IMG/VR virus record: IMGVR_UViG_2547132488_000024
Span: 1-25,709 of that record
Reading direction: 5' to 3' (one strand)
Source of the DNA: a virus
Taxonomy: Duplodnaviria; Heunggongvirae; Uroviricota; Caudoviricetes
Length of the DNA: 25,709 bases
How positions within the stretch are numbered: the first letter of the stretch is position 1; every line of letters begins with the position of its first letter. The notes below the pieces were generated by a model. It was not told the origin of the DNA. It made no database searches and saw nothing but the letters and a program-made list of their open reading frames with translations. This document shows, piece after piece, positions 17,161-24,719 of this stretch. Both the position numbers and the translations under genes were made by a program.

Positions 17161-19892
17161 TTGTTTCCACTGGTCAGGCTACCCCGCAGCAGGTCTGCTT
17201 TGCGGCGGGCGCGTTCAGTGGTTTCACTGATTCTCTGTGCGTGCTCTGCGTCACGAATGGCGCGCAGCATGTCAGAAAGCACGGTAACGGGGGTTTTCAT
17301 GGTGTTCTGGTCCTGCTGAAGTGTGGATGCCAGGCGTGCGGCGGCTTCGGGGTCTGATGCCCCGAGCTGTGCCAGATAGCTGGCGACCGGGTTATGGCGG
17401 ATCTCCGTGCTGCTTACGCCGTGATTACGGCTCAGGCGCTGCCAGAGCTGCGTGATTCGGCTGTCCGGGCGGGTATCCGGTTTGCGTACAATTTCAAATC
17501 CCTGCGGTGCAATGATGCTGCCGTCAACGTACAGACTGCCGCCCCGTAACAGGTGCTGCATCTGCTGTTCACCGATATGCAGGCCGAGAGATTCAGCAGA
17601 CTCCCGCCATTCTTTAGCGAGTAACTCGTGGTTATCAGGCAAAGGCCGCGGCTGTTTGCGGCTCTGTGTCCAGCTCTGCATTTCATCACTGCTGTTTTTT
17701 ACCTGTTTGTCACGAAGCGAACGCATCAGCGCCCGGCGCTCGTGTCGTTTCAGTGAGCGCATCCATTCATTTACTTCAACGCCGCCAGGGAGCTGTGGCC
17801 ACGGTGCTGGCTGTTCTGTCCCGTTGTTGCCTGTTTCCTGTACGCGGGGACAGTTATTGCCACGAGTCCAAGGGGCGGCAGGGCCGCCCTGAAGGTCAAA
17901 ACCATTTTCGCGGGCGCTGTCTTCCGCTTCCGGTTTACGTTTTACCAGCTTCCAGTTATCCGGATGCGTGCACACACGGGAGGATTCCCCGATGAGTGGT
18001 GACCAGATCCCGTAAATCTGTACGCTCTGTTCGCCGTAATCGTTCAGCTCATCGGCGAGGTCGTAGGCGGTGCGAATCAGGTAGTCTTTACGTGGAACAA
18101 GTACGCCGCCCTGTTTTTCAATGTAGGAGGCAAAACACCCGGCATCGGCGGCAGCGAGTACCGCATCCATTGCGTCATTCTTCAGCCGTTGCGGGCCTTC
18201 CGGGTTGCGTGCCATCTGGCTGGCAAGGCGGCGGAGTTCACGCCACACCTGACGGGAGGGAATGCCAAAGAACTGGAACTGGCGGACCCGGTGAAGGCGC
18301 GCCCAGCCGATGGCGCGTTCCACGCTCTCGGCCATTGATTTTCCTGTTTCGTGGTCAACGCGTGGCTTGCCCGTTTTCGGGTCGATGCCATCCACGGCGC
18401 GGCTGTCCAGGTTCTTTCCGATGTAGGTGGCGATGTAGCTGGTTGGTGTGCCTTTTGAGCCGTCGACATACTCCACCTTAAAGCGTGGGGTAATATCATC
18501 ACCCAGCTCGTGGCGGTCTTCCTGAATGGCAATATCGCGGGTGATGGCCACGATGCTGTCGATTTCTTCCGGATGAGCAAAGACCATCATGTGCCAGTGC
18601 ACGGTGCCGTCATGGTGAGGCTCCACCGTGCGGATGCCATACCAGCGCAGGCCGTCGCGGTTCAGTTTTTTGCGGACCGCCGCAAAAAACGTGTTAACCA
18701 GGTAATCGCTGGAGTCGCGCATAGTGGCCCCGTTCCATTTGGGGTTCGGATGACCGTTCTCTGTTGTGGCGTGGTATTTTGACGGGCAGGTGACAGTCAG
18801 AAACACCGCTTTGTCGCCACGGGCTTCGGCCAGAAGTTCCAGCCCCTTCATGGTGGCCATCATTTCTGCCTTACGGTGAACCGGGTTACTTACTCCCGCG
18901 TAATACACTGTCTCAAGATCAATCGTGAACCCGTCTTCGTTTTCCAGCATGAAACTTTTCAGGAAATCGCGTGTTTTCTCGCGCTGTGCGCGAAACTCGC
19001 TTAACGCGTCCTGGCTCAGATAGGGTGATGTTTTTCTGGAAACCAGACAGGCGGCGCGGAGTTGTTCTTCTCTCCACTCGCAACGTAACAGCCACAGTTT
19101 GCGTTTCCACCAGTCCGCACAGGTCAGGCGAAGGATTGCGCCCGGTAACAGTTCCGTATCCGGATCGCTCTTGTTCAGAGCTTCGTAATATGGCGGCATG
19201 GCGTGCAGGTGTAACGCCATGCGGGCCAGCATCTGATACGCCTTCAGCGTTACATCCATGGTCAGTTCGCCATCGGTCGCGCCAAAGCCATCGCAGAGTT
19301 TTTCGAAGGTGCTGCTGAACATCGCCGCCGTCATGGTGGCCAGCGTCTGTATCTGGTGTTTGTTGAGCTGCGGCAGGTAAAGCAAATCGTCCAGGCGTTC
19401 GCGTCCGGCAAGGGAGCGATAACCCGGTGTCAGCCAGCGCCCGTCAGTGCGATCCAGACGTTCGAATATTTTGCGCAGGGTTCCGCGTGCATAGCGTTCT
19501 GCCTGCCAGCTCTTTTTGCCTTTCCGGCGATCGGCTTCCTGTTTTTTGCGCAGGAAAGAGAGGTGGCGAATAAGCGGATCGCGCAGATAGGACGGCAGCA
19601 GGCGCAGCGAGGCCATGGCTTCATCCACCGCGCCGCGTGCCTGTTTTTTGGCGTCTCCTGCCAGTGTGATGGTTTTGTCCTGTTTTTCCTGTGCGTCCAG
19701 GCTTTTATTAATCAGGTTGCCCAGCGGCGTGGCGGAGAACGCCGCATCAGCCATTTCCTGGCGGCGCTCGTTCTCTATCCGGTAGGCACCCAGCCAGGAG
19801 GAAAGCGCGGATTCAGGAGCGGGGATCCCCGTTCCTTCACGCCCCACTGCGTGGCGCGGTTGTTGCCAGTCCCTGATGTACTCTGCCGTCAT
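17097..19892 (-). CDS. A: Rolling-circle replication initiator (P2 gpA-like), HUH motif HWHMMVFAH and catalytic tyrosine pair YIATYIGK; 931 aa from first ATG, longer than P2 A
   Basis: HUH and Y-x3-Y motifs; synteny. Confidence 0.85.
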   Translation of the reverse strand: MTAEYIRDWQQPRHAVGREGTGIPAPESALSSWLGAYRIENERRQEMADAAFSATPLGNLINKSLDAQEKQDKTITLAGDAKKQARGAVDEAMASLRLLPSYLRDPLIRHLSFLRKKQEADRRKGKKSWQAERYARGTLRKIFERLDRTDGRWLTPGYRSLAGRERLDDLLYLPQLNKHQIQTLATMTAAMFSSTFEKLCDGFGATDGELTMDVTLKAYQMLARMALHLHAMPPYYEALNKSDPDTELLPGAILRLTCADWWKRKLWLLRCEWREEQLRAACLVSRKTSPYLSQDALSEFRAQREKTRDFLKSFMLENEDGFTIDLETVYYAGVSNPVHRKAEMMATMKGLELLAEARGDKAVFLTVTCPSKYHATTENGHPNPKWNGATMRDSSDYLVNTFFAAVRKKLNRDGLRWYGIRTVEPHHDGTVHWHMMVFAHPEEIDSIVAITRDIAIQEDRHELGDDITPRFKVEYVDGSKGTPTSYIATYIGKNLDSRAVDGIDPKTGKPRVDHETGKSMAESVERAIGWARLHRVRQFQFFGIPSRQVWRELRRLASQMARNPEGPQRLKNDAMDAVLAAADAGCFASYIEKQGGVLVPRKDYLIRTAYDLADELNDYGEQSVQIYGIWSPLIGESSRVCTHPDNWKLVKRKPEAEDSARENGFDLQGGPAAPWTRGNNCPRVQETGNNGTEQPAPWPQLPGGVEVNEWMRSLKRHERRALMRSLRDKQVKNSSDEMQSWTQSRKQPRPLPDNHELLAKEWRESAESLGLHIGEQQMQHLLRGGSLYVDGSIIAPQGFEIVRKPDTRPDSRITQLWQRLSRNHGVSSTEIRHNPVASYLAQLGASDPEAAARLASTLQQDQNTMKTPVTVLSDMLRAIRDAEHAQRISETTERARRKADLLRGSLTSGNKKQTETGFTNPVNEQKTRRDI

Positions 19893-19898
19893 AGTGAT

Positions 19899-20264
19899 TT
19901 ACTTCGTCATGCCATTCAGGGTGTCGCGGCAGACTGTAGCCAGCCGCTGAATTTCCAGCACGGTGTCTTCTGTGTCGGCATGGCGATGTGTGATGCGGAT
20001 GCTGTCGGCAATCACATCGACGATTGCAGAGGATGGGCGCTGGTAAATGCCAATAACGTACGGGGTGCCACCTTCAATGCGGTAAAGCCTGTAATTTCCC
20101 TCGTGGCTGTCAATCATGTAGCGACCATCAATAACAATCTTTCCGTCAGCGAGCTGCGGTACAGGCAGGGATTTCAGGTACATGTCATAACGTTCACGCA
20201 CGCGAACGGCAAGATCACGCTCTGTGTTGAGCAGGTATTCAAGAAAGTCGTTGGCGAGAATCAT
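19899..20264 (-). CDS. Hypothetical early protein, 121 aa, immediately upstream of A
   Basis: ORF tightly coupled to A; no family recognised. Confidence 0.55.
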   Translation of the reverse strand: MILANDFLEYLLNTERDLAVRVRERYDMYLKSLPVPQLADGKIVIDGRYMIDSHEGNYRLYRIEGGTPYVIGIYQRPSSAIVDVIADSIRITHRHADTEDTVLEIQRLATVCRDTLNGMTK

Positions 20265-20336
20265 TGCGGCAATCCTCTTGTTACAGATGTGCGAAGGCCT
20301 CCCGCCGCAAGGTGCAGGAAAGGCCCGGAACAGGAA

Positions 20337-20567
20337 TTAATGGAGTTTGTTTTGCTGCTGGATGAGCTGCTGAAGCTCGCGCAGATCATCCGCCAGATAG
20401 CTGAAAACAGCGGATGAGTAGAGGTTTGAAAGTTCGCAGCTACGCTCATGCAGCATATTGATGTGCATGATTTTAGCGACGCGGAATGCGCGGGAAAGTC
20501 TGCGGTTGATTTCAGTCTGGATGTGACGACGCTCCGCGATAGCGCGGTGCTGTTTGCGGTTTGCCAT
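20337..20567 (-). CDS. Hypothetical basic protein, 76 aa (MANRKQHRAIAERRHIQTEINRR...)
   Basis: ORF with protein-like composition; competing 206-aa overlapping ORF rejected. Confidence 0.45.
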   Translation of the reverse strand: MANRKQHRAIAERRHIQTEINRRLSRAFRVAKIMHINMLHERSCELSNLYSSAVFSYLADDLRELQQLIQQQNKLH

Positions 20568-20744
20568 GATATGTGGCCTCTTGTAGTAAGTTGTGAAAAC
20601 TCACCATCCAGAGGTTCCAAGCTCGGGGTGGTGAGACGTACAGGGTTGGAACTACCGGCTACAAGAGATCCCGGCCCGACCGAAATCGGCCCCGTACGCC
20701 CCACCATAATTCGTGTGCGAAAAAGACGTGGCAATACAGTACGC

Positions 20745-20767
20745 ACAAAAAAACCGCTGGCGCGGTT
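20745..20767 (-). terminator. Weak intrinsic terminator on minus strand (AACCGC-TGGC-GCGGTT, then U7)
   Basis: Short GC stem followed by A-run on plus strand. Confidence 0.3.
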
Positions 20768-20903
20768 GTGCGCTCTTGTAGTCTGCGGGGTTCCAATCCC
20801 GGCACCCGTTTTATGAGGTGCAGCGGAAATGTAACCTGACTGATTGCGGCATGGCAAGCGGTTTTTTTGTGAGAACGGCATACTAAAAAATCCTGATGCT
20901 GCT

Positions 20904-20928
20904 CCGGCCAGCGGTTTCCACTGGCCGG
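20904..20928. terminator. Hairpin CCGGCCAG-CGGTTTCCA-CTGGCCGG directly downstream of the SPFH gene stop; probable operon terminator
   Basis: 8-bp perfect GC-rich stem; T-run 11 nt beyond on minus strand. Confidence 0.4.
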
Positions 20929-20934
20929 GTTTAA

Positions 20935-21759
20935 TTACTTCACCGGAACAAACGGAACAGCGGTATTACTGGTCATGTATTGCGGCAGCGTGCCGTTCCA
21001 TTTGTTGATTGCTTCCAGCTCCATAACACCGGGGTTCTGGCGCAGAGCTTCACCACGCAAACGAATGGCGTCGGCTTCAGCCTGGGCTTTTGTGCGAATG
21101 GCATCGGCCTGTCCGGCAGCTTCTGCGCGCAGCATGTTGGCTTCTGCTTCGCGTTGCTTGACTTCCTGCTCGCGTTGCAGGGTTTTCTGGTTTGCCGTGA
21201 CTTTGGCATTAATGCTGTCGATAACGGTTGGCGGATATTCCGGCTTACCCACATAAGAGAGGCTCATTACCTGAATGCCGATAGGTGTCATCTCTTCCTG
21301 AATGTCTTTAAGTGCTGAATCCAGCAGTTCAGACTTACCACCGTCGATAAACTTATCGGTGGTCATTTTGCTGGCCAGTCGGTTGAGTGCATCGGCGATC
21401 TTCTGGCGCAGGTCAGTGTCGGTAATGTCGTCCACGCCTTTGCGGTAGGTCTGAAACACTGTAGTAACTTTGGATGGATCAACCTTGTAGGCCACACCGA
21501 TGTGATAGCCGATGGTTGTGCCGTCACTCATCTGAAAGCTGAACGGCTCATCGTAGGTCTTCATTTGTTTGAAGGTCGGGAAGATGTAAACCTCGGTATT
21601 CCAGCCTGTCCAGTAGCGACCAACGCCAACCACTTCACCGACGCCTTTATCGTCGCCCAGTTTGTTGACTTTGATGCCTACATTGCCCGGCTCCACGCGG
21701 TCACAGCCAACCAGAAGTGTGGTCATCAGGAGAGGGATGAGTGGTAATAGTTTTTTCAT
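20935..21759 (-). CDS. SPFH/band-7 (stomatin/prohibitin/HflKC-like) lipoprotein, 274 aa, lipobox LLVGC, Ala/Glu-rich coiled-coil C-terminus
   Basis: Signal peptide with lipobox, SPFH-like core, coiled-coil repeat EAEANMLRAEAAGQADAIRTKAQAEADAIRLRGEA. Confidence 0.8.
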   Translation of the reverse strand: MKKLLPLIPLLMTTLLVGCDRVEPGNVGIKVNKLGDDKGVGEVVGVGRYWTGWNTEVYIFPTFKQMKTYDEPFSFQMSDGTTIGYHIGVAYKVDPSKVTTVFQTYRKGVDDITDTDLRQKIADALNRLASKMTTDKFIDGGKSELLDSALKDIQEEMTPIGIQVMSLSYVGKPEYPPTVIDSINAKVTANQKTLQREQEVKQREAEANMLRAEAAGQADAIRTKAQAEADAIRLRGEALRQNPGVMELEAINKWNGTLPQYMTSNTAVPFVPVK

Positions 21760-21968
21760 TGTTTGGTTTCCATAATTGCTTTGATGTAGTTACTGAAAAA
21801 GCGGACAACGCCCGCCGGGTACAGCAAGGCAACAAAAATGCCCAGCAATACCAGGAAGGAGCTGTCTGATGAGATCATTCGGGGGAGTAGTCCTGCATAC
21901 AGAATGATAGAGACGAGGACGCATACCAGCGCCCACACGTATGCGCGAAACCAGGTCTTTTCGTTCAT
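21756..21968 (-). CDS. Small two-helix membrane protein, 70 aa, translationally coupled (ATGA overlap) to the SPFH gene
   Basis: Two hydrophobic segments; 4-nt overlap with downstream gene. Confidence 0.6.
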   Translation of the reverse strand: MNEKTWFRAYVWALVCVLVSIILYAGLLPRMISSDSSFLVLLGIFVALLYPAGVVRFFSNYIKAIMETKQ

Positions 21969-22023
21969 GTCGGTTGCTCTCTTTTGTTATTCAGGAAAAA
22001 GTCAAAAACGTTATCGATGCGCA

Positions 22024-22182
22024 TCATGAGTCGCGCTGCATCGCTTCAGGTGTTTCTGGTTCGCCAGGTGATCCAAATCCAGCGAAGAAATCACCGATCT
22101 CGCTTTGAATGAGTTCCTTTAGTGTTGGCGGGGAGCTCAGGCGTGTACGGCGATGTCTGCGTGTAATTCTCCTTCTGTTCAT
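22024..22182 (-). CDS. Small Arg-rich protein, 52 aa (MNRRRITRRHRRTRLSSPPTLKELIQSEIGDFFAGF...), below ORF-track cutoff; ATGA-coupled to upstream gene
   Basis: In-frame ATG overlapping the stop of the 67-aa gene; found by manual translation. Confidence 0.4.
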   Translation of the reverse strand: MNRRRITRRHRRTRLSSPPTLKELIQSEIGDFFAGFGSPGEPETPEAMQRDS

Positions 22183-22382
22183 CTGCGTGACTCCTGTACG
22201 TGTCGGATAAGGTTCACCTGCACCACGTTGGTGGCGCAGAAGTAAGTGTCGTCAGTGAGATAAATGTGATGCGCGTCAGGTTGCGAACGGTGACGGTCGA
22301 GCGTTTTAATCAGCCGTTCGTCAACTTCGTATTCACGCCCTCTGGATGTGAAACGAATGACGGAAAAACGCTTAATTGCCAT
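22179..22382 (-). CDS. Hypothetical protein, 67 aa; start codon 4 nt downstream of a G11 tract
   Basis: ORF in early operon; poly-G at RBS position. Confidence 0.5.
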   Translation of the reverse strand: MAIKRFSVIRFTSRGREYEVDERLIKTLDRHRSQPDAHHIYLTDDTYFCATNVVQVNLIRHVQESRR

Positions 22383-22386
22383 TGCG

Positions 22387-22397
22387 CCCCCCCCCCC
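22387..22397. repeat. Homopolymer tract C11 (G11 on coding strand) between two early genes, in the RBS region of the 67-aa gene
   Basis: Eleven consecutive C read directly. Confidence 0.9.
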
Positions 22398-22411
22398 TTT
22401 GTCCAGTAACC

Positions 22412-22822
22412 CTATGCGTTAAATACGGTGCGCTGTGCGTCATCAATGAATGCGACTTGAGAGCGCTCTATCAGGCGGAGATTTGTCAGAATTTCTGATT
22501 CCCTTATGGGGTGAGGAGTGATCAGGTATTTATCCTGTAATCCGGCGATAATGGTGTATCGCTGTAGCTCCGAGCCAATTGTGTAAATAAGGCGTCCGGT
22601 GTTAGACAAATCCAGCCCGGTGACTGGTTGTGTTCTGAGAACCGCCAGTTCAGCATCCTGTTTTGCGATAATTTCGGCTGCTTCTGTCGTGACTCTTGCG
22701 ACTATCAGTGTGTGGGTTGCGACGTCCATATGATTATTTGCTATGGCTTTTTTCGCTACTTCGTTTTCTGTCTTTGAAATTTCTTTCAGTGCTCTGATGA
22801 TACCTTCTTCTTTTGCGTGCAT
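22412..22822 (-). CDS. Hypothetical early protein, 136 aa (RBS GGAG)
   Basis: ORF with RBS; no family recognised. Confidence 0.55.
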   Translation of the reverse strand: MHAKEEGIIRALKEISKTENEVAKKAIANNHMDVATHTLIVARVTTEAAEIIAKQDAELAVLRTQPVTGLDLSNTGRLIYTIGSELQRYTIIAGLQDKYLITPHPIRESEILTNLRLIERSQVAFIDDAQRTVFNA

Positions 22823-22915
22823 TTTTGTATCTCCGTTATTTGCGTGTGCGAATACCTCCGTTAATACGGATGGTTTTCACGTTTTCTTATTTAATTTGAT
22901 GTTTTATTTGTATCG

Positions 22916-23029
22916 TTATTCATCAGTGAAAAAACGTTCAATCTTTTTTACTGAATGAATAATTCGCATAATTCCAATGGCGCAGGCCACCGAAATAATC
23001 AGAACAAGCCATGAGATAAATATACTCAT
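22916..23029 (-). CDS. Small hydrophobic peptide, 37 aa (MSIFISWLVLIISVACAIGIMRIIHSVKKIERFFTDE): one TM helix plus charged tail; ATGA-coupled to upstream gene
   Basis: Manual translation; start overlaps the stop of gene 23026..23268. Confidence 0.4.
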   Translation of the reverse strand: MSIFISWLVLIISVACAIGIMRIIHSVKKIERFFTDE

Positions 23030-23268
23030 GCGATATTCCCCAGCTTATACGGTTCAATATGTTCCCCGCATTCTGCGGCACAGATCAGCTCGGAAAGTTC
23101 GTTAAGTGCATCCAGATCATCAGCGTAAAAAGCGACGTCATACAAACTCCGGATTGCCCTGGTCAATGAGTCACGGGCTGCGCGTTCAGCATGAGCGCCT
23201 GATGCACTTAAGCGAAAATAAAATCGTTCAAGTGCTTTGTTAATGAGAGTTTTATATTCTTTGCCCAT
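23026..23268 (-). CDS. Hypothetical early protein, 80 aa
   Basis: ORF in operon context. Confidence 0.5.
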   Translation of the reverse strand: MGKEYKTLINKALERFYFRLSASGAHAERAARDSLTRAIRSLYDVAFYADDLDALNELSELICAAECGEHIEPYKLGNIA

Positions 23269-23279
23269 CGCAACGCCCT

Positions 23280-23558
23280 TTAATCTGCTTTCTGAATTTC
23301 AGCTTCTGAATCCATACAAATAATTTCGATATATGGTTCATCGCCATTAACCTGACGTGCCTTTTCAGCCTCGCTAATGATTTCTCGCACGGTCTGGTAC
23401 GGAAGCTCCACAGTCAGGCGCGTACCGTTCAGATAAACGTAAGTAGCTGCGTTTTTTTCGGATGGAACAACTCCGTCAATGGCTGATGCGCGTAATAACA
23501 GTTCACCGCGAAAATCAATAAAACGGATAAATACACCTTGTGCATGCTCTTTGGTCAT
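23280..23558 (-). CDS. Hypothetical early protein, about 92 aa (start moved to ATG 23558, RBS AGGTG)
   Basis: Internal ATG with RBS lies just after upstream stop; track start would overlap the upstream gene by 50 nt. Confidence 0.5.
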   Translation of the reverse strand: MTKEHAQGVFIRFIDFRGELLLRASAIDGVVPSEKNAATYVYLNGTRLTVELPYQTVREIISEAEKARQVNGDEPYIEIICMDSEAEIQKAD

Positions 23559-23568
23559 AAAGCACCTG

Positions 23569-23910
23569 TTATAAATCAGCCTGTTTAATAAAACTTTGCC
23601 CACGAAGCAGACGATCAACCGTGCGAAGTGCTTCGTATAATGTGAAATCCTGCCCGAATTGATTGTCGCCGCAGCTCAATGCAAAAATGCGGTTTCCGGT
23701 AAACGGATTGCGTGGGCATTTGTGGACCACGATTCCAGCTTTCTCAATAAGCCAGGCATGCTCGCCGATTTGTTTTACTGGGTAGCCATCCGGCGTTGCG
23801 TGTGTATCACTCAGGCTGTAGCGGATGTTGCTGCGTGATGCACTGGTAGCGAAACGGTTAGCGTGGCGTTCAGCACCATTACGAAAGCGTGAATTACGTT
23901 GCTGTTTCAT
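23569..23910 (-). CDS. Hypothetical early protein, 113 aa, basic N-terminus; possibly replication-associated (B-region position)
   Basis: Position between cox-like gene and A as in the P2 B region; no motif recognised. Confidence 0.5.
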   Translation of the reverse strand: MKQQRNSRFRNGAERHANRFATSASRSNIRYSLSDTHATPDGYPVKQIGEHAWLIEKAGIVVHKCPRNPFTGNRIFALSCGDNQFGQDFTLYEALRTVDRLLRGQSFIKQADL

Positions 23911-23928
23911 ATCAAAACTCCCTGCATC

Positions 23929-24255
23929 TCATGCAGCAAAATTAAGAAAGCCTAATCCCAAATCTTCCGCCAGCTTCTTGGCTTTCTTAAGCCAGTGATT
24001 GCGCCAATCTTTACGCTCAGGAGGAAGCTGTTTCGTTGCGTCATAGACCATTTCGAGCCACTCATTCCAAAGGATGAGAAGACGGCGCGAACTCCCTTCC
24101 TCGCCTAAAACCTCGCGCTCAGTAGTTAGAGGGATGAGTCGACGCTCTACCAACTTTCTTACGGCTGATTCGGTCTTACCTGTGCGGCGGGAAAACTCAT
24201 CGACGGTGATGGGGTCTGGGATCTTAAACAATGCCCTCAATAGTTCTTCATTCAT
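23929..24255 (-). CDS. Cox/Apl-like HTH excisionase-regulator, about 108 aa (start ATG 24255, RBS AGGGAG), divergent from C
   Basis: HTH segment VDEFSRRTGKTESAVRKLVERRLIP; divergent arrangement with repressor as in P2. Confidence 0.6.
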   Translation of the reverse strand: MNEELLRALFKIPDPITVDEFSRRTGKTESAVRKLVERRLIPLTTEREVLGEEGSSRRLLILWNEWLEMVYDATKQLPPERKDWRNHWLKKAKKLAEDLGLGFLNFAA

Positions 24256-24350
24256 GTGATAATCTCCCTGTTTGGGGTATTTCTTGCGACGGATGCCCCA
24301 AATCAAACTCATTTGTATAAACATTAATACAGACGTTGGAGAATTGCAAC
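24256..24350. promoter_or_regulatory. Divergent cox-like/C promoter-operator region with inverted repeat TTTGGGGTA ... TGCCCCAAA
   Basis: Intergenic position between divergent regulator genes; inverted repeat read directly. Confidence 0.5.
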
Positions 24351-24653
24351 ATGCGTATGACTATTGGAGAGCGCATAAAAATCATGCGTGAAAGCGAGAG
24401 ACTTACTAGCCTCCCGGATACAGCAAAAATGCTTGGTTTAAACCGTGATGCTCTGTGGAGATATGAAAGCGGTAAAACTATCCCTAATGCTGAAGTAATT
24501 GAGCAAATACTAAACAACCCCAGATTTGAGAAATATGCGTTGTGGTTTATGACTGGGAAAATTGCGCCTGAATCCGGGCAGATAGCTCCGGCTCTCGCAC
24601 ACTATGGGCAAGAGCCAACGGACTTACCCCCATCCGAAAGGAAAATTGGCTAA
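24351..24653 (+). CDS. C: Immunity repressor C (P2 C-like), 100 aa
   Basis: LWFMTGKIAPESGQIAPALAHYGQ closely matches P2 C from memory; RBS GGAGA. Confidence 0.9.
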   Translation: MRMTIGERIKIMRESERLTSLPDTAKMLGLNRDALWRYESGKTIPNAEVIEQILNNPRFEKYALWFMTGKIAPESGQIAPALAHYGQEPTDLPPSERKIG

Positions 24654-24719
24654 CCCTTTATTATTCTTACGTTTTACAAACTGGAAATGTCTTTCCTCGT
24701 TTCACCGGAGGGCTTGCCA

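Noticed and set aside
19356-20417. 353-aa plus-strand ORF antisense to gene A and the 121-aa gene
   Set aside because: Shadow ORF in GC-rich coding DNA; the opposite strand carries a motif-supported A gene
20261-20881. 206-aa minus-strand ORF overlapping the 76-aa and 121-aa genes
   Set aside because: Ser-rich low-complexity product, extends across the structured intergenic region and terminator-like hairpin; the 76-aa frame is more protein-like
24687-24719. Upstream ATG at 24687 as the integrase start
   Set aside because: P2 Int homology begins at MAIK (ATG 24720), which has a GGAGG RBS; the 11 extra N-terminal residues have no support
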